NCBI RefSeq assembly: GCF_963921235.1
Contig: NC_086108.1
Location: 17,670,001 to 17,734,000, forward strand
Reading direction: 5' to 3'
DNA: 64,000 bases
From: Mobula hypostoma
Lineage: Eukaryota
The position numbers were made by a program, and so were the translations under genes. Below are positions 37,870 to 51,667 of this stretch, piece after piece; positions within the stretch are counted from its first letter, which is position 1; every line of letters starts with the position of its first letter. The notes under the pieces were generated by a model. That model ran no database searches. It saw nothing but the letters and a program-made list of their open reading frames with translations, and was not told the DNA's origin.

Positions 37870-38040
37870 CACCTCCACTTCCAAATCTCTTACTATCTCT
37901 TCTTTCAGTTAGACCTGACGAAAGGTCCCGACCTGAAACGTCGACTGTACCTCTTCCTGTAGATGCCTGGCCTGCTGCATTTACCAGCATTTTTTGTGTG
38001 TGTTGCTTGAATTTCCAGCAGCTGCAGATTTCCTTGTGTC
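37870..38040 (+). mobile_element. Penelope tail fragment with hammerhead core at 37906-37947
   Basis: CTGACGA-a-aggt/cccg/acct-GAAA-cgtc-gactg followed by the shared gatgc...cctgctg...ccagcattttt tail. Confidence 0.75.
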
Positions 38041-38232
38041 CCTCTTTGTGAAGAAGTTTTCCTTATGCTCTCAATTTTAACTCTGGGCCTCGGGTCCTGG
38101 CAGCTTGCTACAATGCAGTGGAGTGCCATCAGTGATAAGGGGAATGCACATAAACATCTCAGCATGAACACTCTGGTGTAACAGTGGATGGACACATTGT
38201 CAACCAGAGATAACGTTGCAAAGCTTTCATCT

Positions 38233-38830
38233 TCATAGTCATAGTCATAGTCATACTTTATTGATCCTGAGGGAAATTCGGTTTCGTTACAGTTGCACCA
38301 ACCAAGAATAGAGTATAGATATAGCAATATAAAACCATAAATAATTAAATAATAATATGTAAATTATGCCAGGAAATAAGTCCAGGACCAGCCTATTGGC
38401 TCAGGGTGTCTGACTCTCCAAGGGAGGAGTTGTAAAGTTTGATGGCCACAGGCGGGAATGACTTCCTATGACACTCAGTGTTGCATCTCGGTGGAATGAG
38501 TCTCTGGCTAAATGTACTCCCGTGCCCAACCAGTACATTATGTAGTGGATGGGAGACATTGTCCAAGATGGCATGCAAGTTGGACAGCATCCTCTTTTCA
38601 GACACCACCGTCAGAGAGTCCAGTTCCATTCCTACAACATCACTGGCCTTAAGAATGAGTTTGTTGATTCTGTTGGTGTCTGCTACCCTCAGCCTGCTGC
38701 CCCAGCACACAACAGCAAACATGATAGCACTGACCACCACAGACTCGTAGAACATCCTCAGCATCGTCCGACAGATGTTAAAGGACCTCAGTATCCTCAG
38801 GAAATAGAGACGGCTCTGACCCTTCTTGTT
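38233..38830 (-). mobile_element. Rex1/Babar-type 3' fragment
   Basis: KKGQSRLYFLRILRSF...DNVSHPLH; (CATAGT)3 tail. Confidence 0.9.
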
Positions 38831-39214
38831 GGTAATCTTCACTGCATCCAGGACTGGTGAGGGGGAATTAGTTGGCAGGATCAATCAATAAACACCTATG
38901 TTCAGTTAAGCATGAATGAGCCCAGCTCACAGGTGAGCTTTAAGCCAGAGCTCAAGGACCGTGAATCAGATTATATTGACAGGACTGACATTCTCCTCTG
39001 ACTGTTGGCTTGCAGTAAACAGCTGCTTCCGTGTCCAAGTCAGTATAAAAATCCCATCAAAATTTCAGGAGGAGATCCCTTTGAGGATTAGGCTCTGATC
39101 CTCATCAGCTGAAAGGCACTGTGTTTCTTCCAAGGTCAATTAGACCGTAGATCTATCACCTCTTTGTTCTCCTAGGGCAAGGGCACTAGTTGCACAAACA
39201 ATTTTATATTCTTA

Positions 39215-42200
39215 TACTGTATTCCAAATAAGAAGAAATTTTCAAAGGCAAGAAGGACACTTCTGTGGCCAAAATGAAAGCAAAAGAGGGGGCATACAAG
39301 GAAGCCACAGCTACTGGAGAGATAGAGGATTGGGGAGCTTTTAAAAACTTGCAGAAGGAAACTAAGAAGGTTGTTTGGAAGGAAAAGATGAATTATGAGA
39401 GGAAGCTGGTGACTAATATCAAAGAAGATACTAAGAGCTTTTTTAAGTATATGAAGGGTAAAAGAGAGTCGAGGGTATATATAGGACCAATGCAAAATGA
39501 CGCTGGAAGTATTGTAATGAGAGATGCAGAGATCGCAGAGGAAATGAGTGCATATTTTTCATCAGTCTTCACAGTGGAAGACGTCTGCAATATACCGGAC
39601 ATTCAAGAGTGTTAGGGAAGTGAAGTTTGTGCAGTGAAAGTTACAACTGAGAAGGTGGTCAGGAAGTTTAATGGTCTGAGGGTGGATAAATCTCGTGGAC
39701 CAGATGGAATGCACCCTCAGGTTCTGAAGGAAGTAGCTGGAGAGATTGTGGAGGCATTAACAATGATCTTTCAAGAATCGATAGATTCTGGCATTAGAAT
39801 CATAGAAAACATAGAAAACCTACAGCACAATACTGGCCCTTCAGCCCACAAAGCTGTGCCGAACATGTCCTTACCTGAGAAATTACCTGGGGTTAACCAT
39901 AGCCCTCTATTTTTCTGAGCTCCATATACCTGTCCAGGAGTCTCTTAGAAGACCCTGTTGTATCCGCCTCCACCACTGTCACCGGCAGCCTATTCCATGC
40001 ACTCACCATTCTCTGCGTAAAAAACTTAACCCTGATATCTCCTCTGTACTTGCTTACAAGCATCTTAAAACTGTGCCCTCTAGTGCTAGCCATTTCTGGC
40101 CTGGGAAAAAGCCTCTGACTATCCACTGAATCAATGTCTCTCATCATCTTATACATCTCGATCAGGTCACCTCTTATCCTCCGTCGCTCCAAGGAGAAAA
40201 GGATGAATTCACTCAACCTGTTCTCATAAGGCGTGTTCCCCAAACCAGACAACATCCTCTGAAATCTCTTCTGTGGTTTCCACATCCTTCCTCTAGTGAG
40301 GCGACCAGAACTGAGCACAGTACTCCAGGTGGGGTCTGACCATGATCCCATATAGCTGCAACATTACCTCTTGGCTCCTAAACTCAATCTCGCGATTGAC
40401 GAAAGCACCATTTGCTTTCTTAACCACAGAGTCAACCTGCACAGCAGCCTTGAGTGTCCTATGGGCTCGGACCCCAAGACCCCTCTGATCTTCCACACTG
40501 CCAAGAGTCTTACCATTAATACTATATTCTGTCATCATATTTGACCTACCAAAATGAACCACCTCACACTTAACTGGGTTGAACTCCATCTGCCACTTCT
40601 CAGCCAGTTTTGCATCCTATCAATGTCCCGCTGTAATCTCTGACAGCCCTCCACACTACCCACAACACCTCCAACCTTTGTGTCATCAGCAAATTTACTA
40701 ACCCATCCCTCCACTTCTTCATCCAGGTTATCTATAAAAATCAAGAAGAGTAGGGGTCCCGAACAGATCCCTGAGACACACCACTTGTCACCAACCTCCA
40801 TGCAGAATATGACCTGTCTACAACCACTCTTTGGCTTCTGTGGGCAAGTGAGTTCTGGATCCACAAGGTAACTTCTCCTTGGATCCCATACCTCCTTACT
40901 TTCTCAATAAGTCTTGTATGGGATACCTTGTCAAATGCTTTGCTGAAATCCATATACATTACATCTACTGCTCTACCATCATCAATGTGTTTAGTCACAT
41001 CCTCAAAAAATTCAATCAGGCTTGTAAGGCATGGCCTGCCTTTCCCAAAGCCATGCTGACTATGCCTCTCCAGATGTTCATAAATCCTGCCTCTCGGGAT
41101 CTTCTCCATCAACTTATCAACCACTGAAGAAAGGCTCACAGGTCTATAATTTCCTGGGCTATCTCTACTCCCTTTCTTGAATAATGCAACAACATCCGCA
41201 ACCCTCCAATCCTCCAGAACCTCTCCCGTCCCCATTGATGATGCAAAGATCATCGCCAAAGGCTCAGCAATCTCCTCCCTCACCTCCCACAGTAGCCTGA
41301 GGTACATCCCGTCCAGTCTCGGTGATTTATCCAACTTGATGCTTTCCAAAAGCTCCTACACATCCTCTTTCTTAATATCTACACGCTCAGATATTTTAGT
41401 CTGCTGAAAGTCATCCCTACAACAGCCAAGATCCTTTTCCGTAGTGAATAATGAAGCAAAGTACTCATTAAATATCTCTGCTATCTCCTCTGGTTCCATA
41501 CAAACCTTTCCACTGTTACACTTGATTGGTCCTATTCTCTCATGTCTTATCCTCTTACTCTTCACATACTTGTACAATGCCTTGGGGTCTTCCTTAATCC
41601 TGTACACCAAGGCCTTCTCAAGACTCCTTCTGGCTCTCCTAATTTCTTTCTTGAGCTCCTTCCTGCTAGTCTTATAATCTTCCTACTATCATTACCTAGC
41701 CTTTTGAACCTTTCGTAAGTTCTTCTTTTCTTCTTGACTAGATTTACAACAGCCTTTGTACACCACAGTTCCTGTACCATACCATCCTTTCCCTGTCTCA
41801 TTGGAACATACCTATGCAGAACTCCATGCAAATATCCCCTGAACATTTGCCACATTTCTTCCGTACATTTCCCTGAGAACATCTGCTCCCAATTTATGCT
41901 TTCAAGTTCTTGCTTGATAGCCGCATATTTCCCCTTACTCCAATGAAACGCTTTCTTGGCTTCCTATCCCTCTCCAATGCTATGGTAAAGGAGATAGAGC
42001 TGTGATCACTATTCCAAAATGCTCTCTCACTGAGAGATCTGACACCTGACTAGGTTCATTTCCCAATACCTGATCAAGTACAGCCTCTCCTCTTGTAGGG
42101 TTATCTACATATTGTGTCAAGAAACTTTCTTGAACACACCTAACCATCTCCACCCCATCTAAACCCCTCGCTCTTGGAATATGCCAATCGAAATTTGGGA

Positions 42201-44002
42201 AATTAAAATCTCCCACCACGACAACCCTGTTATTATTACACCTTCCCAGAATCTGTCTCCCTATCCGCTCCTCGATGTCCCTGTAACTACTGGGTGGTCT
42301 ATAAAAAAACTCTTCCTAACTTCCACACACAGAGACTCCATAGACAATCCCTCCTCTTTTTCTATGGACATGACACTATCTCTGATCAACAGTGCCACAC
42401 CCCCACCTCTTTTGTCTCCCTCCCTGTCCTTTCTGAAACATCTAAAGCCTGGCACTCGAAGTAAACATTCCTGCCCCCGAGTCATCCAAGTCTCTGTAAT
42501 GGCCACAACATCATAGCTCTGAGTACTGTAAGGCATTGTACTGGATGACTGGAAAATTGCAAATGTTACTCTGCTATTTAAGAAGGGTGGGAGGCAAGCA
42601 GATAGGAAACTATAGATCTGTTAGCCTGACATCAGTGGTTGGGAAGTTGTTGGAATCGATAGTTAGGGATGAGATTACGGAGTACCTGGAGGCACATAAC
42701 AAGATAGGCCAAAGCCAGCATAGTTTTGTGAAAGAAAAATCCTGCCTGACAAACCTACTGCAATTCTTTGAGGAAATTACAATCAGGGTAGACAAAGGAG
42801 ATGCAGTAGACATGGTGTACTTGGATTTTCAGAAGGCCTTTGACAGGGTGCTGCACAAGAGGCTGCTAGCAAGATAAGAGCCCATGGAATTGCAGGGAAG
42901 TTACTAGCGTGGGTGAAGCATTGGCTAGTAGGCAGCAAACGGAGAGTGGGAATAAAGGGATCCTATTCTGGCTGGCTGCCGGTTACCAGTGGAGTTCCAC
43001 AAGGGTTGGCACTGGGACTGCTGCTTTTTACGATGTATGTCAATGATTTGGACTACGGTATTAATGCATTTGTGTCTAAATTTGCTGATGACACAGAGAT
43101 AGGTGGAGGAGCGGGTGGTGTTGAGGAAACAGAGAGTCTACAGAGAGACTTAGATAGTTTAGAGGAATTGGCAAAGAAGTGGCAAATGAAATACAATGTT
43201 GGAAATTGTCTGATCATGCACTTTGGTGAAAGAAATAAGTGGGCAGACTATTATTTAGATGGGGAGAGAATTCAAAATGCAGAGATGCAAAGGCACTTGT
43301 GAGCTCTTGTGCAAGATACCCAAAAGGTTAACCTCCAGGTTGAGTCGGTTGTGAAGAAGGCAAATGCAATGTTGGCATTCAGTTCTTGAGGTATGGAATA
43401 TAAGAACGGGGTGTAATGTTGAGGCTCTATAAGGCACTCACGAGACCACACTTGGAGTATTGTGTGCAGTTTTGGGATCCTTATTTTAGAAAGGATATAC
43501 TGACATTGTAGAGGGTTCAGAGAAGATTCACAAGAATGATTCCAGAAATGAAAGGGTTACCATATGAGGAACGTCTAGCAGCTCTTGGGCTGTATTCCCT
43601 GGAGATCAGGAGAATGAGGGGGGATCTCATAGAAACATTCCAAGTGTTAAAAGGCCTGAACAGGTTAGATATGGCAAAGTTATTTCCCATGGTAGGGGAT
43701 TCTAGGACAAGAGGGCACGACTTCAGGATTGAAGGATGTCCTTTTAGAACTGAGATGCGAAGAAATTACTTTTGTCAGAGTGTGGTAAATCTGTGGAATT
43801 TGTTAGCATGAGCGGCTGTGGAGGCTAAGTCATTGTGTGTATTTAAGGCGGCAATAGATAGGTTCTTGATTAGCCAGGGCATTAAAGGGTATGGGTGAAA
43901 GCAGGGGAGTGGGGATGACTAGAAGAATTGGATCAGCCCCATTATTGAATGGCAGAGCAGACAATGGGCTGAATGGCCTATATCTTATGGTCTTATGGTC
44001 TA
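39215..44002 (+). mobile_element. CR1 ORF2 fragment split by an antisense CR1
   Basis: Pieces 39215-39795 and 42532-44002 are contiguous RT sequence. Confidence 0.9.
39796..42531 (-). mobile_element. CR1 (EN-RT-3' tail) with 6-bp TSD
   Basis: GGCATT at 39790-39795 and 42532-42537; EN and RT motifs. Confidence 0.92.
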
Positions 44003-44118
44003 ACTCAACAGGATCTCCCCAGCTAACAGGGCTGAGAGATCACCTTTGTCATATGAACCAGAGTGTTTCAAGAAGCTGGCATACATACACTAAAGTTTAA
44101 TCATTCCTGGGGGTGGAT

Positions 44119-44169
44119 AGGAACAATGATAGCAACTTCCAAACAGGAACAATGATAGCAACTTCCAAA
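44119..44169. repeat. 26-bp-period tandem duplication
   Basis: aggaacaatgatagcaacttccaaa twice. Confidence 0.95.
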
Positions 44170-44171
44170 TA

Positions 44172-44953
44172 CAGTGGATTCCAGTTAATTGTGATACACT
44201 GGACCAGTGCACTTTGGCCCAATTAAGTGGCTGCTCTAATTAACCAATATTTCATGGAAATAGTTACAAAGATATAAAGAAAACAAACTAAGTAACAAAT
44301 TATGATTTTAAATAAAAATAGAGCAAATCAGAACACTACCAATCGTACCACAGTACAACAAAACTGTGTATTAATTCCTACTAGTTATTGATAGAGGAAT
44401 TCATCCAGTGTACACAATGAACAAAATCAGTGCTGATACCTCATGTAGATAATGGACTGCCTTCATATAACGCTATCAACGAGTGCATCCTCCAAATCTT
44501 CAGTTTCAATTGCAACATCCAAGATGATTGTCGACACCTTCAAATTCCATGTAGTTCCTAACTTGTTGAAGTAATCAAATCATTTCATTTTAACTCCCAG
44601 CTGCTTCTGGCATCTCCAAGCCTGAATTCCTGAATCCCCAGTGAGCAAAACAGTTCAGAATTGATTACTGCTTATTTCTCACCAACTGTCAGTGAAAAAA
44701 ATCACTACTTTTTGAACACAAACATATGCAACTGATGCTACTTCAAGACTGTTCACTCGAAGACTGTACAGTGTCTAATGGCTACACAAGTTCACACGAC
44801 TGATGCTAGTTATAACCTGATTGGGAACAGTCTCCTGTCCCAATTAAAGGAGAAAATAGTGTATTAAATAAACAAAGGGAATCCCAGCAATTTTCTCAAT
44901 TAGTGTCCCAGATAAGCAGCTCCTCCAATGTCTCAATTAACTGGAATCCACTG
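44172..44953. mobile_element. Non-autonomous Tc1/mariner (Tigger/pogo-like) DNA transposon, 782 bp
   Basis: Perfect 20-bp TIR CAGTGGATTCCAGTTAATTG at 44172-44191 and 44934-44953, with TA on both flanks. Confidence 0.92.
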
Positions 44954-46834
44954 TATACTGCAATGTTAACAATGCAAGATGTTGTAGGAGACTTTACAGG
45001 AGCCAACTAGGCATTACAAATACGATACTGGGACTGGAGGGTTTGAATTCTAAGGAGAGGCTGAAGAAGTTGGGACTTTTATGGACGATGCTGTATATTT
45101 GTATGATTCTATGCCCTAGGCTACTCTAACAGCACCTCCCAAATCTCCAGTCTTTACCAAAGAAGAATAAAACACTGGGAGCACCACCTCTTACAGGTTC
45201 CTGTCTAAGCCACACATCATGCTGACTTGGAAATATAACAGCATTCTTTCATAGTCACAGGATCTAAATCCTGGAACTCTCTTCCCAATTTGAAAGCACC
45301 TTCACTTGAAGGACTACTACAGCTGTAAAACTTGAAAAAATAATAACCCAGGCTGCATCTGCCTCTTATTTTTTATTCTGTTTCCAGCTATCACCCACTA
45401 GCATCTGTCTCATAACTCCTTTCTCCTCATCTAGCTCCTCTTGGCAATCATCCACCACTTCACCTGGTTGCACCTCTCACCTATCAGGCACTGCCTCACC
45501 CTCCCTCGCATCACTTTGTATAGACCATCTTCCATCTACACTCCTAATGCTGAGTCTCCACCCAAAACATTGACCACCCCTTTTGTTCTCGTAGATACTG
45601 CTCTATCACACTCCTTTATAGTGATGATTTTTCATTTATACTCCTGAAGCAGGATCTCCACCCCAAAATGTTGACCACCCCTTTTATCCTCACAGATGCT
45701 GTTCACTATTTTGCTACAGAAAGATTTCCATTTATAATAGTACTAGTCACACTTATAGGCGAGTGAAAAAAGTATTTTCAGAAGGTCAGCACAGTTGCCT
45801 GGTAAGCAGGCCAATTCTTAGAGACTGAATACCTGTAATCACAAGCAGCTAGGTGATAATTAGCAGAATATCTGCACTGGATTGGGCATCTGAGTGGAAT
45901 GAATGTAGGGAGAACACAGTAAGATTGGTGTAGGATTGAAGTAATCCGGTTGAAGGACATGCTTGTAGTATCCTGGTACAACTACATAATTCCCTACAAA
46001 GTGGAAAAAGTGTTGGGAGATTGTCTTCTCCTACTTAGGGTTTTTCCTGATGTCTTTAATTGCCACCTCTATTGAAATCAGCTGACTGAGGTTTAACTGA
46101 CATTCGGAAATTCTTTCTTCTGACTTTCAAATGCACTTCCTGGGCAAGGGGTAAACAATCTCCCAATAATCCAGTATGTTGGAACAGGGTGAATTAAAAT
46201 CTCACAGCCTTGCACTAATCCTACCAGCTGAGAGAAGGAGACCAGCTTTCCAAGGGAGGATCTGGCTGAAAGCGTTACACACAAGAGATTCATTGGCATT
46301 TACTGGTTATGAACCCTTGCTGAATAATTACCAAGGTGCAGTGGATACAGTCCATAATGGGAAAGCATAGAGGCCCCATTAACTTGCAGACTAACAGTGC
46401 GGTGCATGTGGCTTTGTACAACAGCCTCAAGTTAATTGCCTTTTGCTGTCTTGGGGATGTCTGTATCAAAGGGAGTCTTTGTTCCTCTTCAAGCTTGCTG
46501 AAATCCCTTGCCTGTTGCTAGCAGCCTGAAGGATTGGGAATGATGGTGAGCAGGCACCACTGATTAATCCTGGCATCAGAATGATAGGGAACAGCACAGG
46601 TATCCTCTATTGACTCAAATGTTGACTGTGCATGTGAAAGGAGACATTAAACTGCCCCAACTACTTTCCGCAGTGAATGCAACTAGCCAGCGAAATATTC
46701 CCACTAATCATTCTCACCAAGAACGCTAGCCATTATCAGTCAGGGCACTGAATATTGGAATTGGGATATATGAAATGATAGTGAGACCTCACTTGGAGTA
46801 CAGTGTACAGATTTGGCTATCCTACCTAATCTGT

Positions 46835-48540
46835 ACACAGTGGCGGGGTGGAGATAAGTCTCCACCAAAGCAGGTGTAAAGTACTCCTTCCCTCTGCTAG
46901 CCTGCAGGTTACCCTTGGGCAAGATGTAGCACTCGCTTAGCACCCCCTGATCAGAGTCACGTGAAACAATGGGGACAGGTGGGGGTGGTTGTATGAGCAG
47001 CTGCTGCATATCACAAGTCCTGGTTATGTGACTACTGACACCAAGGAGACAATCTCTGAAGACCATAAGATATAGGAGCTAAAGTAGCCATTCAGCCCAT
47101 TGAGTCTGCTCTGCCATTCAGTCATGGGCTGATCCAATTCTTCCAGTCATCTCCACTCCCCTGCCTTCTCCCCATACCTGTTAATACACAGGCTAGTCAA
47201 GAACCTAGCCATCTCTGACTTAAATACACCCAATGACTTGGCCTCCACAGCCACTCGTGACAACAAATTCCACAGATTTACCAACCTCTGACTAAGTAAT
47301 TTCTCTGCATCTCTGTTCTAAATAGACGTCCTTCAATCCTGAAGTCGGCCCTCTTGTCCTAGAATCCCCTACCATTGGAAATAACTTTGCCATATCTAAT
47401 CTGTTCAGGGCTTTTAACGTTCAGAATGTTTCTATGAGATCCCCCCTCACTGTCCTGACGTGTGGTCTCACAAGTGCCTTATAGAGCCTCAACATCACAT
47501 CAATGCACTTATATTCTTTACCTCTAGAAATAAATGCCAAAGTTGCATTTGCCTTCTTCAGCACTGACTCAACCTTGAGGTTAAGGGTATCCTGCACAAG
47601 GACTCCTAAGTCCCTTTGCATCTCTGCATTTTGAATTCTCTCCCCATCTAAATAATAGTCTGCCCATTTAGTTCTTCCACCAGAGTGCATGACCATACAC
47701 TTTCCAACATTGTATTTTATTTGCCACTTCTTTTCCTATTCCCCTAAACTACCTAAATCTTTCTGCAGGCTCTCTGCTTCCTCAACACTACCTGCTCCTC
47801 CACCAATCTTTGAATCATCGGCAAATTTAGCCACAAATCCATTAATCCCATAGTCCAAGTCATTGGCATACATCATAAAAAGTAGTGGTCCCAACACCGA
47901 CCCCTGTGGAACTCCAAAGGTAATTGGCAGCCAGCCAGAATAGGATCCCTTTATTCCCACTCTCTGTTTTCTGCCGATCAGCCAATGCTCCACCCATGTT
48001 AGTAACTTCTCTGTAGTTCCATGGGCTCTTATCTTGCTAAGCAGCCTCACGTGCAGCACTTTGTCAAAGGTCTTCTGAAAATCCAAGTACACTACATCCC
48101 TGCATCTCCTTTGTCTACCCTGTTTGTAATTTCCTCAAAAAACTGCAGGAAGTTAGGCAGGATTTTCCTTTCATGAAACTATGGGTATGGGTAAGCCTAG
48201 GTAGTTCTAAGGTAAGGACATGCTCAGCACAGCTTTGTGCAGTAGGGTTTCTATGTTTCTATGAAACCATGCTGGCTTTGGCCTAATTTGTCATGTGCCT
48301 CCAGGTACTCTGTAATCTCATCCCTATCAATCGATTCCAACAACTTCCCAACCACTGATGTCAGGCTAACAGGTCTATAATTTCCTTTCTGTTGCCTCTC
48401 ACCCTTCTTAAGTAGCGGAAGAGTATTGATATTGGCTGGGGTCACCCACTTTGTAAAGGCACATTCCAGAAAAGGAAATGGCAATGGCAATGGCAATTCA
48501 CTTCCATAGAAAAATTTGCTAAGAACAATCATAGTCAAGG
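46835..48540 (+). mobile_element. RTE-related SINE-like element split by a CR1 (46835-47062 and 48418-48540)
   Basis: The halves join at GAAGA. The 3' half has ggaaatggcaa, resembling the RTE/Bov-A-type motif. Family is inferred. Confidence 0.55.
47063..48417 (-). mobile_element. CR1 RT/3' fragment with TSD GAAGA; contains an about 80-bp CR1 tail insertion (48180-48260, TSD ATGAAAC)
   Basis: GAAGA at 47058-47062 and 48418-48422; ATGAAAC at 48173-48179 and 48261-48267; RT motifs. Confidence 0.9.
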
Positions 48541-49745
48541 GTCCCAAAACTGCTCACAATAATCCAAGTGAGACCTCCCCAATGTCTTATACAGCTTCAG
48601 CATTACATCCTTGCTCTTGTATTCTAGACCCCTTGAAATGAATATTAACATTGCATTTAACTTCCTCACCACCGACTCTACCTGCAAAACTTTAGGGTGT
48701 TCTGCACAAGGACTTGCAAGTCCCTTTGCATCTCAGATTTTTGTACTTTCTCCCCATTTAGAAAATAGTCTGCACATTTATTTCTTCTACCAAAGTGCAT
48801 GACCATGCATTTTCCAACACTGTATTTCCTTGCCACTTTGTTGCCCATTCTCCTAATCTAAGTCCTCTACAGTTTCCTCTTTCCTCAATACTATCTACCC
48901 CTCCATCAATTTTCATATCATCTGCAAACTTGGCAACAAGGTCATCTATTCCGTCATTGAAGTAATTGATATAGAGCATAAAGAGAAGCAGTCCCAACAC
49001 CGAACCCTGCGGAACACACTGGTTACTGGTAGCCAACCAGCAAAGAATCCTTTTATTCCAACTCGCTACCTCCTACTAATCAGCCAATGCTCTAACCATG
49101 CCAGTAACTTTCCAGTAATAATTAGGTGGAATAGGTTTATGGTGAGAGGGCAAGATTTAAAAGGGGCCAAAGGGCAATATTTTTAAGCAGAGATTGGTAA
49201 GTATATGCAATGAGTTACCAGAGGAAGTGGTTGAAACAAATACAATATAGTATTTAAGTTGGATAGGTACATGGAAAGGCGGAGCTTAGAAGGATATAAC
49301 AAAGTGGTAAATAAAGTGGAAGGACCATGACAAGATAGACTGGGAAACCAAGAGTTCATCTGTTCATCTTTCAATGTGCGAGAAGTCTGTCAAGGGTCTG
49401 ATATCAGTGGGATAGAAACTGTCCTTGAGCCTGGTGGAACATGCTCTCAAACTTTTGTATCTTCTGTCATATAAAAGGTCTGAGCAAATATGAGAATGAC
49501 CAGGGTGGGAGGGGGGTTCTTCATTATGTTGGCTGCTTTCCCAAGGCAGCATGAAGTGCAGATGGAGTCCATGGTAGGGAGACTGGTTTTCTTCATTGAC
49601 TGGGCTGTGTTCACTATCCTCTACAATTCATTGTGGTCTTGATCAGAGCAGTTACCATACTAAGCTATGATCCATCCAGATAGGATGCTTTCTATAGTGC
49701 ATCACTAAAAATAGTTAAGAGTCATCAGGGATATTCTGAATTTCT
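48540..49745 (-). mobile_element. Degenerate CR1 and Rex1/Babar fragments (one short CR1 piece is on the plus strand)
   Basis: PQGSVLG...KFADD (48758-49036); RRYKSLRACSTRLKDSFYP (49364-49552). Confidence 0.8.
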
Positions 49746-50409
49746 TTCATTTTTTTAAAAATAGCATACCGAGCTTCTGCTACTGCATGCACCGTCCATA
49801 GCAGATCTGCTGGCAAGAAGCCCAAAGTCTGGGGAATTTAAAGGTCACTAGGTAAGGAGATTACTTCCAAAAGTTGTTGTAGGCAGACCACAGACGACAA
49901 GACCAGATAAGCTGTTGGATTGATGCCAGGATCCAGCTAGTGCATGACTGTCCTTGGGGAAAGGGAACCATACTCACCCAACTCTGCCTGGCGACTTCAG
50001 ACGAAGTTCCAGAGCAAGCAAACGAAGCAACTGCATAACTTATCAAATCTGCAGGATAGGAAATAGATTCAGCAATGAGCTGAACTTGGTAAATGTGGGA
50101 TTGAAGTAGTAATGTATCTCAGAATATTACAATCTTTTCCAGGAATTGTGTCCTCCCGTCTAGGAGGATCACAGACTCTGGGGAATACGGGAATATGGAA
50201 CTGGATTGCAACATTTATAGCTCAAGGACATCACCCCAGATGCACAGGGACTGGGGAAGCACACAGCCTGGAAATCATCTTACAGTTTTGGAGATCAATG
50301 CCCATGCAGAATCCAGCCAAAGGCATAACTGCAAAATACTTAAACATGGAGCCTATAGTCTATACACAATACTTCATCGATATAAATTTGTATAATGAAT
50401 GGAGCAATC

Positions 50410-50412
<3 letters not shown>

Positions 50413-50459
<47 letters not shown>
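50413..50459. repeat. (CA)n microsatellite
   Basis: Direct reading. Confidence 0.98.
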
Positions 50460-50463
<4 letters not shown>

Positions 50464-51149
50464 AAAACACAGAGTCCAGGTCATCTCCAGCATGGAAAAC
50501 AGACCATTTGTTCCAACAGGTCCATACTTACTGTGTTGCCCTGCTTTCCCATTCATTACAATAATGCCTCACTAAATTGTAACCTTAAATCACATTCCTT
50601 TCTACCCATGGAAATTTTTCACTCCCTTACTTATTAAGACTATCTCTACTTTCAACTTCAAGGTATTCAAAGAGTCTGCTTCTGTCACACTTTAAAGAAG
50701 AGATTCCCACAGATCTACCATCTTCAGAGGAAAAATCTCCTGTCATCTCTGTTCCAATGGGAAATTGCTCACTCTTAAGCCGCAAACCCCTACTCCAAGA
50801 TTCTCCCATAGGGAGAAATACTCCCTCCACACATATCCTGTCAAAACACGAGACCTGCATTATATTCACAATCTCCCAAGGCCTGGAACAAACCCAGTTG
50901 TTAGTAAGACATCTCTAAAATCACAATCAGCAAGGGAGAGAGTGTCAGCAAGAAATATTGGGCTGTCTGCTCTCACTCCTTGCACTAGGAAAATGCTGGA
51001 GTTCATTCATTAATAAGTAGTAACTTGGCCTGGAATTTGTTAGGATTTTTCAGATGACAGAGAAGTAAGTCTGTGCCAGCTTCCAGACCAGACCCATTGA
51101 TCCAATACTCCACTTGCTTGCTTGTAACCTGTTCTCTCTCACATGTCTA

Positions 51150-51335
51150 TATCTCACCACAAATGTACACAAGCAGTAAACTTACAGCAGCCAATTAACT
51201 CAACAACCTTCACATTGCTGGGACTTGGGAGGAAACCAGTGCTCTCAGCGAAAATGTTCACAATGTACACAGACACTACCTGAATTTGGGATTGAACCTG
51301 GGTCTCTGGAACTATGAGGCAGTGGCTTTTCCTGT
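51150..51335 (-). mobile_element. V-SINE-like remnant
   Basis: Minus strand gacccaggttcaatccc (B box) and ggtttcctccc core; similar to 36770-37005. Confidence 0.6.
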
Positions 51336-51667
51336 TATGCCCCCAAGCTAGCTTCTGCTCATTGTCCAAGAGAATTCCCAGCATGAGTGCTGGCATAATC
51401 TCAAGCTCATTGGCTGAGCTCAGCATTTCCTTGCTGTGTTCTACCGCTTGTCTCCACTTGAGAAGCAGCTTGATGAGATTTCTTGGCACTTACATTGCAA
51501 AAACTGCTGTCAGACATCCCAGGGATCAAAATTAGACCCTCCTCATTAACACTTAGTTGGACGGTAAGTATAATGTACTTATTTAGCTAAGGATACAAAG
51601 CTAGGATTGAAAGAAAGAGCCAAGGAAGATTTACAGATACAATGTTGTAAGTATCCTGACTAATTGG

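Noticed and set aside
46000..46740. Unique TAAT-rich stretch as a conserved enhancer
   Set aside because: Cannot be supported without cross-species alignment.
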